Below, piece by piece: positions 1 to 9,850 of a DNA stretch of 64,000 nt (positions within the stretch are counted from its first letter, which is position 1; each line of letters starts with the position of its first letter). The stretch is taken from contig CBDCRW010000005.1 of assembly GCA_965221125.1 (NCBI GenBank), positions 576,001 through 640,000 of the forward strand. The letters run 5' to 3'. Both the position numbers and the translations under genes were made by a program. The notes under the pieces are model-generated. The model had not been told where the DNA came from and ran no database searches. It saw only the letters and a program-made list of their open reading frames with translations. This stretch comes from Alphaproteobacteria bacterium (lineage in GTDB: Bacteria > Pseudomonadota > Alphaproteobacteria > UBA828).

Positions 1-1075
1 CGGGTGAGGGCACGCGGATACGGTCCGCCAGGGCCTCCGAGACCACGGGGAGCGTGACGCACCCCACTACGAGGTCCGGCGCGTCTCCGGGCGACTGCGA
101 GCGCGCGTGGATGTAGGTGAGCGCTTCCGAGTGCTGCGTCGTGGTCGGCGGAAGCGTTTTTCGGGCGCGGTACAGGTTGCCGGCGGCGAGAAGATGGTCC
201 TGCAGGTTCTGCCCGACACCGGGCATGTCGTGCCGGACCGCGATTCCGAGCGCCGCCAGCACGGAGCCCGGACCGAGGCCGGACCGCATCATGATGGCGG
301 GCGTGCCGACGACCCCGGCGGCCAGCACGACGGCGCGCCGTGCGTGCAAGCGGTGGCCCGTGCCGCCTGCGAGGGCGTGGACCCCGTTGACGCGTCCGGC
401 GTCGTCGAAGGCCAGCCGGTCGATGAGCAGGCCCGTGCGCAGCGCGAGGTTCGGTCGGGCGCGAACGGCCCCGGTCAGGTAAGCGTCGGCGACGCTCTGG
501 CGCCGGCCGTCCGCGATCGTGAGCGTGTTGAGCGTGGACCCCGCCAGGTCCGGCCCGTTGTGATCGCGGATAGGCTGCAGCCCCAACTCCCTCCCGGCCT
601 GGCAATGGGCGAGGCTCAACGGGTGCGGCGCGGCGGGCTGGCAAAGTCGCACGGGGCCGTCTCCGCCATAGCCCTCTTCCGGCGCGAAGGGCGAGGTTTC
701 CGAGCGGATGAAGTAAGGCCGCAGGGTCGACCAGTCCCACCCCTCGGCGCCTGCGTCCGCCCAGCGGTCGAAGTCGCTCGGGTGGCCGCGCACATGGCCC
801 ATCGCGTGGATCGCGCTGCACCCGCCCACGACGCGGCCCCGCGGCCATGCGTGCGCGCGCCCGGCCGTGGAGCGCTGCGGCACGGTCGCGAACTGCCAGT
901 CGACCTCCGAGCCTTGCAGGAGAGGCCAGGCGGCGGGGTCGGCGATGGCGGGGTTCTCGGGCTCTCCGCCCGCTTCCAGCAGGAGGACGCGGAGGTCCCG
1001 CCGCTCGCTCAGCCGGGCGGCCAGCACGCAGCCTGCCGAGCCGGCTCCGACGATGACGACGTCCGCCTCGCTCAT
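1..1075 (-). CDS. GMC oxidoreductase, pyridoxine 4-oxidase-like (3' end runs off the window)
   Basis: Not in the ORF track. Manual translation from ATG at 1075: MSEADVVIVGAGSAGCVLAARLSE (FAD fold), WPRGRVVGGCSAIHAMGHVRGHPSDF, GQNLQDHLLAAGNLY, QHSEALTY. These segments resemble Mesorhizobium pyridoxine 4-oxidase as I recall it. Confidence 0.8.
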   Translation of the reverse strand, partial: MSEADVVIVGAGSAGCVLAARLSERRDLRVLLLEAGGEPENPAIADPAAWPLLQGSEVDWQFATVPQRSTAGRAHAWPRGRVVGGCSAIHAMGHVRGHPSDFDRWADAGAEGWDWSTLRPYFIRSETSPFAPEEGYGGDGPVRLCQPAAPHPLSLAHCQAGRELGLQPIRDHNGPDLAGSTLNTLTIADGRRQSVADAYLTGAVRARPNLALRTGLLIDRLAFDDAGRVNGVHALAGGTGHRLHARRAVVLAAGVVGTPAIMMRSGLGPGSVLAALGIAVRHDMPGVGQNLQDHLLAAGNLYRARKTLPPTTTQHSEALTYIHARSQSPGDAPDLVVGCVTLPVVSEALADRIRVPSP

Positions 1076-1116
1076 GCCTGCCCGAATGCGCCCGGACGGG
1101 CGCTCAAGCCCGAGGC

Positions 1117-2010
1117 TCACGCGTCGCCGGGTACCGTGCCCTTGGGCAGGCTCTCGACGTGGGCGCAGATGTCGCGCGGGCGCGTGAGCCAGATGCGCTC
1201 GCGCTGCGGCGCGATGTGCTCGAAGAAGCGGCGCAGGTGGCGCAGCCGGTAGGGCCGCCCCATCACGAAGGGATGGAGCGAGATGGGGAAGACCAGGGGT
1301 TGCCCCTCGCTCTGGGCCAGCATCTCGTCGAAGCCGTCGATCAGCATGTCGACGAATTCCTGGGCCGTGTGGCCGTACCAGACGATGCCGCGGGTGTCGT
1401 TGCACTCGACCGGATAGGGCATCGCCAGGATGCGCCCCGCGCGGGTCGTCATCCAGATCGGCTGGTCGTCGCAGGTCCAGTCCATGAAGTAGCGGTAGCC
1501 CGCCTCCTGCAGCAGGTCGGGCGTGACCGCGCTGTTGGAGATCCAGGGGCTCATCCAGCCCACAGGCGGGCTGCCCTCGTGGCGCTCGATGGTGCGTGTG
1601 ACCTCGGCGATCATCGCGGCCTCGGCTGCTTCGTCCAGGTGCTCCTGCATGTCCGAGTTGGTGATGCCGTGGCCCAGGATCTCGTGGCCGCGCTCTCTCA
1701 GCGCCGCCGGGATGTCGGGGCAGTGCTCGTAGACGGCGAGGTTCATCTGGGCTTCGATGGGCACGTCGAAGGCGTCGAACAGCTCCAGCATGCGCCAGAT
1801 GCCGACCCGGTTGCCGTAGTCGCGCCACGAATAGACGCTGTGGCTGTTCGCCTGGTCCGGCGGCGCGATGGCCGCGCCCTTGCCCTCGCCGAAGCTGAAT
1901 TGCTCGACATTGACGGCGACATAGACGGCGAGGCGGGCCCCGTTCGGCCAGTCGTAGACCGGGCGCGCGGCGATGCCGGAGTAGGGGTAGCGTCCGTGGG
2001 TGCGAATCAT
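1117..2010 (-). CDS. Polysaccharide deacetylase family protein (PuuE/allantoinase-like)
   Basis: WPNGARLAVYVAVNVE, RDYGNRVGIWR, HEILGHG, DDQP, LHPFVMGRPYR motifs. Confidence 0.85.
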   Translation of the reverse strand: MIRTHGRYPYSGIAARPVYDWPNGARLAVYVAVNVEQFSFGEGKGAAIAPPDQANSHSVYSWRDYGNRVGIWRMLELFDAFDVPIEAQMNLAVYEHCPDIPAALRERGHEILGHGITNSDMQEHLDEAAEAAMIAEVTRTIERHEGSPPVGWMSPWISNSAVTPDLLQEAGYRYFMDWTCDDQPIWMTTRAGRILAMPYPVECNDTRGIVWYGHTAQEFVDMLIDGFDEMLAQSEGQPLVFPISLHPFVMGRPYRLRHLRRFFEHIAPQRERIWLTRPRDICAHVESLPKGTVPGDA

Positions 2011-2049
2011 GTGGACCTCGATACCGGGCGCCGCCCCGATCCCGGCCGA

Positions 2050-2397
2050 TCAGTCCCGCGCTGCAGCCGTGCCGACTGGGTTGAAATCGTGCTCGCCCAC
2101 GCCTTGCACGAGGGTCACGCGGCAGCGTCCGCCGTCCTTGCCGCAGACCCGGTGCGCGGTGAGCGGCGGCACGACGCAGTGGTCGCCGGGCGCAAGCTCG
2201 TGACGGGCGCGGGGCGCGCGGGTCTCGATCACCACCGTGCCTTCGAGGCCCACGAACACGTCGGTGACGGCCGTGTGGTAGTGCCAGGGAACCTCCTCGC
2301 CCGCAGCCAACGTCATCACTTGGACGCGCATGCCGTCGGCTTCGGCGACGATGTCGTGGCCGGCGATCGAATAGGGCAGGTCTTCCACCGCCGTCAT
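2050..2397 (-). CDS. Cupin domain protein
   Basis: PWHYHTAVTDVF...VPPLTAHRV cupin metal motifs; start trimmed to ATG 2397. Confidence 0.75.
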   Translation of the reverse strand: MTAVEDLPYSIAGHDIVAEADGMRVQVMTLAAGEEVPWHYHTAVTDVFVGLEGTVVIETRAPRARHELAPGDHCVVPPLTAHRVCGKDGGRCRVTLVQGVGEHDFNPVGTAAARD

Positions 2398-2440
2398 GGC
2401 GTCTTCCGCTCGTTCGCGCGCTGTCGTGCGTCGGCCAGCA

Positions 2441-2481
2441 TAGCCCCTTTGGCCGTGACCCTGGTGAGAATTGCGGGCTAA
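2441..2481. repeat. Deleted derivative or solitary end of the MITE-like family at 19273-19568
   Basis: 2453-2480 CCGTGACCCTGGTGAGAATTGCGGGCTA matches the terminal repeat at 19515-19542; TAGCCC at 2441 resembles the opposite end. Confidence 0.65.
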
Positions 2482-2538
2482 ACCCTTCTGCGCCATGATC
2501 CGGCCCACTCACAGCACGGCACGGATGGGGGATGCGTC

Positions 2539-3303
2539 ATGGCCAAGGTACTCGTAATCGTTCCCTTCGCCTTCGACGAGAAGGGGCTCGCGAACCGGCG
2601 TTCGCAACTGGAATCGGTGGCGCTCGGGCCCGACCTCGCGTTCGACTTCCGGGGCGTCAAGGCGGGGCCGGCGCTGCTCGACTGCTACCACGACTACGCC
2701 ATGGCCGACATCGCGCTGTTCGAGGCGGGCTTGAGCGCTGAGGACGACGGCTACGACGCGGTCTGCATCGACACCATGAGCGATTCCGGCATGAACGCGC
2801 TTCGCTCCGTGCTCGACATTCCGGTGATCGGGCCGGGCCGCGCTTCCTTCATGACGGCGCTGATGCTCGGCAACCGCTTCTCGGTCGTGACCCAATGGGA
2901 CGGCTGGATCCCGCTCTACAAGAAGGGCACGCAGGAATACGGCGTCGCCGACAGGCTTGCCTCCATCCGCTCCATCAACGTGATGCCGGACGTGGAAAAC
3001 CTGCTGGGCGGCAAGGAGGAGGTGGTCTTCCCCAAGCTGGTGGACTGCGCCATGCGCTGCATCGAGGAAGACGGCGCCGAGGTGATCCTGCTCGGCTCCA
3101 CCACCATGCACCAGGCGCACGGCCACATGGCCGCCAACCTGCCGGTGCCGGTCATCAACCCCGGCCCGCTCACCTACAAGCTCGCCGAGTTCGTGCTGGG
3201 CCTAGGGCTAACCCACAGCCGCAAGGCCTATCCCAAGCCCAGCGTGCCGAAGCCCGCCATGGTCCACGCCATGATGGACGGCGCGGCCACGGTCGGCGAC
3301 TGA
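2539..3303 (+). CDS. Asp/Glu/hydantoin racemase family protein
   Basis: DAVCIDTMSDSG, IPVIGPG, EVILLGSTTM, PVPVINPG. Confidence 0.85.
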   Translation: MAKVLVIVPFAFDEKGLANRRSQLESVALGPDLAFDFRGVKAGPALLDCYHDYAMADIALFEAGLSAEDDGYDAVCIDTMSDSGMNALRSVLDIPVIGPGRASFMTALMLGNRFSVVTQWDGWIPLYKKGTQEYGVADRLASIRSINVMPDVENLLGGKEEVVFPKLVDCAMRCIEEDGAEVILLGSTTMHQAHGHMAANLPVPVINPGPLTYKLAEFVLGLGLTHSRKAYPKPSVPKPAMVHAMMDGAATVGD

Positions 3304-3321
3304 CGCAGGGAGGACGGCAGG

Positions 3322-4116
3322 ATGGCACGACGACTGGACGGCCGTGTCGCGCTGGTCACCGGGGCCGCGAAGGGCATCGGCAAGGCCTGCTGCCGCGCTC
3401 TCGCGGCGGAGGGCGCGCCGGTGGCGCTCGCCGATATCGACAGGGAAGGGGGTGAGGCGCTCGCGGCCGCGCTTGCGGCGGACGGCGCCGAGACGACGTT
3501 CATCGCCCTCGACGTGACGAGCGAAGCCGACTGGGAGGCCGCGATCCCGGCGATCGTCGACCGTTTCGGCGGCCTCGACGTGCTCGTGAACAACGCCGGC
3601 GTCGGCATCATCGAGCCTTTGCCGGACGTGACGCTGGAGAGCTGGCGCAAGAGCATGTCGGTCAATTGCGAGGGCGTCTTCCTCGGCACCAAGCATGCCA
3701 TGGCGGCGATGCGGCCGGGCGGCTCGATCATCAACGTCTCGTCGATCCTGGGCTTCACCAGCATTCCGGGGCTTTCCGCCTATAGTGCCACCAAGGGGGC
3801 GGTCAGGCTTTTCAGCAAGGGAGCCGCGCTCGACGGCGCCAAGGACGAGCGCCGCATCCGGGTGAACTCGATCCACCCCGGCTACATCCATACCGAGATG
3901 ATGGAGGCCACCTGCTACCGCGACTACGGCAGCCTGGAGGCGGGCTTACGCGAGCTTGCGAAGCAGCACCCCATCGGCCGCGTGGGCAAGCCGGAGGACA
4001 TCGCCAACGGCGTGGTCTTCCTCGCCTCCGAGGAATCGAGCTTCGTCACCGGCACCGAGCTGGTGATCGACGGCGGCTACCTCGCGGTCGGCGGCTATTC
4101 GGTCTTTCCGCAGTAA
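3322..4116 (+). CDS. SDR family oxidoreductase
   Basis: TGAAKGIG, NNAG, YSATK, IRVNSIHPG. Confidence 0.9.
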   Translation: MARRLDGRVALVTGAAKGIGKACCRALAAEGAPVALADIDREGGEALAAALAADGAETTFIALDVTSEADWEAAIPAIVDRFGGLDVLVNNAGVGIIEPLPDVTLESWRKSMSVNCEGVFLGTKHAMAAMRPGGSIINVSSILGFTSIPGLSAYSATKGAVRLFSKGAALDGAKDERRIRVNSIHPGYIHTEMMEATCYRDYGSLEAGLRELAKQHPIGRVGKPEDIANGVVFLASEESSFVTGTELVIDGGYLAVGGYSVFPQ

Positions 4117-4174
4117 AAGCATCGCGCAGGCGACAGCCCTTGTCGCCACTTGTCCGGGAGTACGAAAAGAAACA

Positions 4175-4283
4175 CCCCCACCTCTCCCCATCCCTCTCCT
4201 CCCCAAGGAGGAGAGGGGGCGCTAACCGGCCGGGCTGCGTTCCCCCTCCGCCCATTGGGGGGAGGGGGACAGGGGGAGGTGGG
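4175..4283. repeat. REP-like doublet (CCCTCTCC...GGAGAGGG family)
   Basis: Hairpin CCCTCTCCTCC-CCAA-GGAGGAGAGGG (4192-4217), a second CCCCCTCC..GGAGGGGG hairpin, and outer inverted CCCACCTC/GAGGTGGG. Confidence 0.65.
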
Positions 4284-4321
4284 AATGTTCGGCGCAGGCC
4301 GAAGCGAATGGAGAGAGCATC

Positions 4322-5338
4322 ATGAACGCCGTTATCAATCGCCAGATCACGCTCGCGGCCAGGCCCGTGGGCATGCCGAAGGGGAGCGACTTCTCGCTGG
4401 CCGAGGAGCCGGTGCCGGAGCCTCGAGCGGGCCAGGCGCTGGTGCGCGTGCTCTACCTTTCCCTCGACCCCTACATGCGGGGCCGCATGAGCGCGGCAAA
4501 GTCCTACGCCGCGCCGGTCGGCATCGGCGAGGTGATGACCGGCGGCGCGGTCGGCGAGGTCGTGCGCTCGGAGACGAGCGGCCTCAAGGAGGGCGATCTG
4601 GTCGAAGGTATGTTCGGCTGGCAGGAGTACGCGCTCTGCTCGCGCGGGGCGGTGCGGGTGCTGCCGCAGTCCGGCCATCCGCCGTCCTACGCGCTCGGCA
4701 TCCTCGGCATGCCTGGCGCCACCGCCTATTTCGGCCTGCTGGAGGTGGGCCAGCCGCATCCCGGCGACACGGTGGTGGTCTCGGCGGCCTCGGGCGCCGT
4801 CGGCGCGGTGGTGGGGCAGATCGCCAAGATCGGCGGCTGCCGCGTGGTCGGCACGGTGGGCAGCGACGAGAAGGCGGCCTACGTTACGGGCGAGCTGGGC
4901 TTCGACGCGGCCATCAACTACCGCACGGCGAACGACATTGGCACGGCGCTCGACGAGGCCTGCCCCGCCGGCATCGACGTCTACTTCGACAACGTCGGCG
5001 GCCCGATGACCGACGCGGTGATGCAGCGCCTCGCCTTCAAGGCGCGCGTCGTGGTCTGCGGCTGCATCCACCACTACAACCTGACCGAGCCCTATCTGGG
5101 CCCGAGCCACCTGCGACACATCCTCGTCAACCGGGCGCGGGTCGAGGGTTTCCTGGTGTTCGACTGGCTGGCTCGCTACCCGGAGGCGTTCGCGCGGCTG
5201 GGCGCGTGGCTCGAGGACGGCGCCATCAGCTACCGGGAACACGTGATCGCGGGGCTGGAGAACGCGCCGGAGGGGCTCGGCATGCTCTTCGAGGGGAGCA
5301 ACTTCGGCAAGCTCGTGGTCAAGGTGGCGGAGCGCTGA
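4322..5338 (+). CDS. NADP-dependent oxidoreductase (prostaglandin reductase/CurA-like MDR)
   Basis: LSLDPYMRGRM, LGMPGATAYFGL, SAASGAVG, DVYFDNVGG, NFGKLVV. Confidence 0.9.
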   Translation: MNAVINRQITLAARPVGMPKGSDFSLAEEPVPEPRAGQALVRVLYLSLDPYMRGRMSAAKSYAAPVGIGEVMTGGAVGEVVRSETSGLKEGDLVEGMFGWQEYALCSRGAVRVLPQSGHPPSYALGILGMPGATAYFGLLEVGQPHPGDTVVVSAASGAVGAVVGQIAKIGGCRVVGTVGSDEKAAYVTGELGFDAAINYRTANDIGTALDEACPAGIDVYFDNVGGPMTDAVMQRLAFKARVVVCGCIHHYNLTEPYLGPSHLRHILVNRARVEGFLVFDWLARYPEAFARLGAWLEDGAISYREHVIAGLENAPEGLGMLFEGSNFGKLVVKVAER

Positions 5339-5342
5339 CGCC

Positions 5343-6443
5343 GTGACCGAGACGGGGGTGAGCGCTCCGGAATCGGCCGTCTGCGCGCTGATCGAGGACA
5401 TCTTCGGGGCGCTGGGCTTCACCGCGGACGAGCGCGCGGTGCTGACCGAGACCCTGCTGGAGGCGAGCCGCGCGGGCTATCACTCCCACGGCGTGATGCG
5501 GATCCCGACCTTCGCCGAGAACACGCAGGACGGGATGATCGTGCCGGCGACAGCACCCGTCGTCGTGCACGAGACCGAGGCCGCGGCGATGATCGACGCG
5601 CGGCGCTGCCTGGGGCCAGTCTCCTGCGTCTTCGCCGTGGAGCAGGCCGGTGCCAGGGCGCGGGCGCAGGGCATCGGCTGCGCCGCGGTGCGGAACGGCA
5701 ACGACGTCGCCCGCCTCGGCGCCTACGTGGGCGGGCCGGCACGCGACGGCCTGATGACGCTGCTGCTGGTGAACGACGCCGGTGGCGGCGCCTGCGTCGC
5801 GCCCTTCGGCAGCGCAGCGCCCTTCCTCAGCACCAATCCGCTCGCCTGCGGTATCCCGCGCGCAGCCGTCGAACCGCCGCTGGTGATCGACATCTCCACC
5901 TCCGTCGTGGCCCTCGGCAAGATCAGGATGGCCGCGAACCAGGGCGAGCCCGTGCCGGAAGGCTGGCTGATCGACCGTGCGGGCAGGACGACCACGGAGC
6001 CATCTGGCTTTTTCGACTCGCCGCGCAGCGCATCGCTCCTTCCCCTCGGCGGCGCGGCCGACGGCCACAAGGGTTTTTTGCTCAGCCTCATCATCGAGGC
6101 CTTCGCCGGCGCGCTGGCCGGCGCGGGCATGAGCCGGGGCAACGAGAACGAGGACCAGGGCAACGGCCTCTTCGTGCTCGCCGCCGACCCGCAGGCGCTC
6201 GGCACGGGTGGCGCGTTCGTCCGCGCGATAGAGGAATTCGTGGCCGGGCTGGAGGCGCTGCCGCCGGCGGAAGGCAGCGCAGGCGTGCGCCTTCCCGGTG
6301 CGCGTGCGGGCGGCGGGCCGGGCGGCCCCTTCCCCATCGACGGGCCCACCTGGGCGCGGATCGCGGCGATCCTCGATGCGCTCTCGCTCGGACGCGACTA
6401 CGACGTAAGGCCCGCCGCAGGCGGGGAGCGGTCGCCGCCGTGA
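5343..6443 (+). CDS. Ldh_2 family (type 2 malate/lactate) oxidoreductase
   Basis: [42 protein letters not shown]. Confidence 0.85.
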   Translation: MTETGVSAPESAVCALIEDIFGALGFTADERAVLTETLLEASRAGYHSHGVMRIPTFAENTQDGMIVPATAPVVVHETEAAAMIDARRCLGPVSCVFAVEQAGARARAQGIGCAAVRNGNDVARLGAYVGGPARDGLMTLLLVNDAGGGACVAPFGSAAPFLSTNPLACGIPRAAVEPPLVIDISTSVVALGKIRMAANQGEPVPEGWLIDRAGRTTTEPSGFFDSPRSASLLPLGGAADGHKGFLLSLIIEAFAGALAGAGMSRGNENEDQGNGLFVLAADPQALGTGGAFVRAIEEFVAGLEALPPAEGSAGVRLPGARAGGGPGGPFPIDGPTWARIAAILDALSLGRDYDVRPAAGGERSPP

Positions 6444-7282
6444 GCGACGAGGCGGCGCGAAAGGCCCGCGCCTGCGCCTGGTTCGAGGCGCTGCGGGACG
6501 AGATCTGCGCCGCCTTCGAGGCGATCGAGGACGAGGCGGAGACGGCGGGCGACCGCTCCGGCCGCTTCGCGCGCAAGGCCTGGGAGCGCCCCGGCGGCGG
6601 CGGCGGGGTCATGGCCATCATGCGCGGCCGCGTGTTCGAGAAGGTGGGCGTCAACGTCTCCACCGTGCACGGCACCTTCTCCGAGACCTTCCGCCACAGG
6701 ATTGCCGGCGCGGCGGAGGACGGCCGCTTCTGGGCGAGCGGACTCTCGGTCGTGGCCCACATGCGCTCGCCGCTCGTGCCGGCGGTGCACATGAACACGC
6801 GCCACATCGTCACCAGCAGGTGGTGGTTCGGCGGCGGCAGCGACCTGACGCCCGCCTACCCAGACGAACGCGACACGGCGGATTTCCACGCGGCGCTGAG
6901 GGCGGCCTGCGAGCGCCACGACACGGCCTACTACCCGCGCTTCAAGGAATGGTGCGACCGCTACTTCCACCTCGCCCACCGCGACGAGCCGCGCGGCGTC
7001 GGCGGCATCTTCTACGACGACCTCAATACGGGTGACTGGGAGGCCGATTTTTGCTTCACCCAGGATGTCGGCCGCGCCTTCCTGGACGTCTACCCGGCCA
7101 TCGTGCGCCGCCGCATGGCGGAGCCCTGGACCGAGGAACAGCGCCAGCACCAGCTCGAGCGCCGCGGCCGCTACGTCGAGTTCAACCTGCTCTACGACCG
7201 AGGAACGCGCTTCGGGCTGGAGACCGGCGGCAACACCGAGGCGATCCTGATGTCGCTGCCGCCCGAGGTGCGCTGGCCCTAG
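6440..7282 (+). CDS. hemF: Oxygen-dependent coproporphyrinogen III oxidase
   Basis: [47 protein letters not shown]. Confidence 0.96.
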   Translation: MSDEAARKARACAWFEALRDEICAAFEAIEDEAETAGDRSGRFARKAWERPGGGGGVMAIMRGRVFEKVGVNVSTVHGTFSETFRHRIAGAAEDGRFWASGLSVVAHMRSPLVPAVHMNTRHIVTSRWWFGGGSDLTPAYPDERDTADFHAALRAACERHDTAYYPRFKEWCDRYFHLAHRDEPRGVGGIFYDDLNTGDWEADFCFTQDVGRAFLDVYPAIVRRRMAEPWTEEQRQHQLERRGRYVEFNLLYDRGTRFGLETGGNTEAILMSLPPEVRWP

Positions 7283-7425
7283 AGCGCGTCCGACTTTGAC
7301 GGACGCGCGACAGGCCGCGCCAGCGGCCCGCCGCGCATGCGGCGCCCTCGCGGAGGCGCCGGCCGAAGGTCGGCTGCCGTGAGCGATAAAGAATCAGAGC
7401 GTTTCCGCATAAAACGGAAACGCTC
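7280..7425. repeat. Composite palindromic intergenic element (TAGAGCG family, RIME/Bru-RS-like)
   Basis: TAGA-GCGCGTCCG-N7-CGGACGCGC starting at the hemF stop, plus GAGCGTTTCCG-N7-CGGAAACGCTC (7397-7425). Confidence 0.65.
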
Positions 7426-7496
7426 CAAGCGAAGCCGCCTCGCGCCGCCCGCCTGCGGCTCTTGCCGCGCTCGCCCCGCCCTCGTAGCGTATCCGC

Positions 7497-8774
7497 ATGG
7501 AACAGGCGGGAAACGGCGGAGCGGATACCGCAGCGCTCGGCGGCAAGCGGGTGCTGCTGCTGATCGCCGGCGGCATCGCTGCCTACAAGTGCCTCGACCT
7601 CATCAGGCGGCTTCGCGAAAACGGCGCCGGGGTGCGCTGCATCCTGACGCGGGCCGGCGCCGCGTTCGTCACCCCGCTCTCGGTCGAGACGCTGAGCGGC
7701 GAGACGGTTTTTTCCGACACGCTGGCGCTCACCGAGGAGAGCGACATCGCTCACATCCGGCTCGGGCAGGAGGCGGACATCATCGTGGTGGCGCCGGCGA
7801 CCGCCGACATCATGGCCAAGATGGCGCACGGCATCGCCGACGACCTGGCCACCTCCACTCTGCTTGCCACGGACAAGCCCGTGCTGGCGGCGCCCGCCAT
7901 GAACACGCGCATGTGGTTTCACCCGGCGACCCAGCGCAACCGCGCGCGGCTGGAGGCGGACGGCGTGCGCTTCGTCGGCCCGAATGACGGCCCGCTGGCG
8001 GAGGGCGAGAGCGGCCCCGGCCGCATGGCGGAGGTGCCGGAGATCGTGGCCGCCATCGCCGGGATGCTGGGCGGCACTCGGCCCCGCCCGCTCGCGGGCC
8101 TGCGCGTGCTCGTCACCAGCGGCCCGACCCATGAGCCCATCGACCCGGTGCGCTTCCTCGGCAACCGCTCCTCCGGCAAGCAGGGCCATGCCATCGCATC
8201 TGCCTGCGCCGATGCGGGCGCGGCCGTGCTGCTCGTTTCCGGCCCGACGCAACAGCCGGCGCCGGCCGGCGTCGAGACGGTGCAGATCGAGACGGCGGAC
8301 GAGATGCTGGCCGCCTGCGAGCAGGGTCTCCCGGCCGACATCGCCATCTGCGCGGCCGCGGTCTCCGACTGGCGGGCGGCGGCGCCCCGCACGAGCAAGC
8401 TCAAGAAAGGCGAAGGGGGAGACGGCCCGCCCACCCTGGAACTGGCCGAGAACCCGGACATCCTGGCCCGCCTCAGCGCCGCCGGGCCCGAGCACCCGCG
8501 CCTGGTCGTGGGTTTCGCCGCCGAGACCGAGGACCTGGAGGCGAACGCCACCGCCAAGCTCGCCGCCAAGGGCTGCGACTGGATCCTCGCCAACCGGGTG
8601 GCGGAGGGCGCGGTGTTCGGCGACGACGAAAACGACGTCTGCCTCCTGACGCGGGGCGCGGACGGCGAGCCGCCGGCGGTCGAGCGCTGGCCCCGCATGA
8701 GCAAGACCGAGGTGGCGGCGCGGTTGGTCGCGCGCATCGCAGACGCGCTTTCAGCCGACCAGGAGTCCGCATGA
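7497..8774 (+). CDS. coaBC: Phosphopantothenoylcysteine decarboxylase/synthase
   Basis: [49 protein letters not shown]. Confidence 0.96.
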   Translation: MEQAGNGGADTAALGGKRVLLLIAGGIAAYKCLDLIRRLRENGAGVRCILTRAGAAFVTPLSVETLSGETVFSDTLALTEESDIAHIRLGQEADIIVVAPATADIMAKMAHGIADDLATSTLLATDKPVLAAPAMNTRMWFHPATQRNRARLEADGVRFVGPNDGPLAEGESGPGRMAEVPEIVAAIAGMLGGTRPRPLAGLRVLVTSGPTHEPIDPVRFLGNRSSGKQGHAIASACADAGAAVLLVSGPTQQPAPAGVETVQIETADEMLAACEQGLPADIAICAAAVSDWRAAAPRTSKLKKGEGGDGPPTLELAENPDILARLSAAGPEHPRLVVGFAAETEDLEANATAKLAAKGCDWILANRVAEGAVFGDDENDVCLLTRGADGEPPAVERWPRMSKTEVAARLVARIADALSADQESA

Positions 8775-9253
8775 GCGAGGCGGTCGCGGCCGCGGTCACC
8801 GTCCAGCGCCTCGCCCACGCACGCGACCTGCCGCTGCCGCGCTACGCCAGCGCCGGCAGCGCCGGGCTCGACCTCCATGCCGCTTCCGGCCCGATCACGC
8901 TCGCGCCGGGCGCGCGCACCCGGATCGGGACCGGGATCGCGCTCGCGCTCCCCGAGGGCTTCGAGGGTCAGGTCCGGCCGCGCTCGGGCCTTGCGCTGAA
9001 GCACGGCGTGACCGTGCTCAACGCCCCCGGCACCATCGATTCCGATTACCGGGGCGAGATCGGCGTGCTGCTCGTCAATCTGGGCCCGAGCACCTTCGTC
9101 GTGGAGCGCGGCATGCGCATCGCCCAGCTCGTGATCGCGCCGGTCGCCCGCGCACATCTGGTCGAAGGCGATATCGACCCCACCGGCAGGGGCGCTGGCG
9201 GCTTCGGCTCGACCGGGCCCGGCCCCGAAGGCGGGGAGGGTCCACGGTCGTGA
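8771..9253 (+). CDS. dut: dUTP diphosphatase
   Basis: [32 protein letters not shown]. Confidence 0.97.
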   Translation: MSEAVAAAVTVQRLAHARDLPLPRYASAGSAGLDLHAASGPITLAPGARTRIGTGIALALPEGFEGQVRPRSGLALKHGVTVLNAPGTIDSDYRGEIGVLLVNLGPSTFVVERGMRIAQLVIAPVARAHLVEGDIDPTGRGAGGFGSTGPGPEGGEGPRS

Positions 9254-9343
9254 GCGAACGTCGTTGATCGCATGCGGCGCCCGTTGCACAATGCCCTGCC
9301 GGTGCCGGAGGGCGCGGAGCCGGCTGCGAATGGGGAGCGGAGC

Positions 9344-9619
9344 ATGACGATGAGGCGCAGAGGTCGGTTTGGTGTTGGGGCCGTGCTGTCCATGGCGTTT
9401 GTCGCAGGCTTGGCGGTCGCGGCGGTCGCGAGCCACGGCGCCGGCGAGGCGCGCGCGGACGACCACCAGATCGAGCTGGTTTCGATCGAGGCGGAAGACG
9501 GCAAGGCTCAGTCGAGCATCGACCAGGCGCAAGCCACGCACGTTGCGTCCACGGCCGTCGAAGAGGCCGACACCCCGAAGGTCATGAAGAAGAGCAGCTG
9601 CCCGAGAGCCTCCAAGTAA
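9344..9619 (+). CDS. Hypothetical small exported protein (91 aa)
   Basis: GGAG RBS, basic N-terminus, hydrophobic stretch and ARA cleavage-like site; GC hairpin follows at 9626-9644. Confidence 0.5.
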   Translation: MTMRRRGRFGVGAVLSMAFVAGLAVAAVASHGAGEARADDHQIELVSIEAEDGKAQSSIDQAQATHVASTAVEEADTPKVMKKSSCPRASK

Positions 9620-9680
9620 CACGGTCGGCGGCCGACTGCCGCCGCCCGTAAGAGTGCGTTTACCCAGCCCCCCCCCTTGC

Positions 9681-9845
9681 TTGGCGCGGCTGGAGGGCAT
9701 CCCGGTGGGCATCTCGTCCGGCGCCGCAATCGCCGCGGCGCTCCAGGTCGGCGCACGGGAGGAGATGGCGGGCAAGCGCGTCCTCGTCATCGTGCCGTCC
9801 TTCGCCGAGCGCTACCTGTCGACCGACCTCTTCGCCGGGATGTAG
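9681..9845 (+). pseudogene. cysK: Cysteine synthase A C-terminal remnant
   Basis: [20 protein letters not shown]...[16 protein letters not shown] is the CysK C-terminus; the N-terminal roughly 250 aa, including the PLP lysine, are absent. Confidence 0.85.
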
Positions 9846-9850
9846 GACCT

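Noticed and set aside
9668-9676. C9 run as a phase-variation switch for cysK
   Set aside because: No cysK N-terminal coding sequence was recognisable upstream in any frame, so slippage cannot restore the gene
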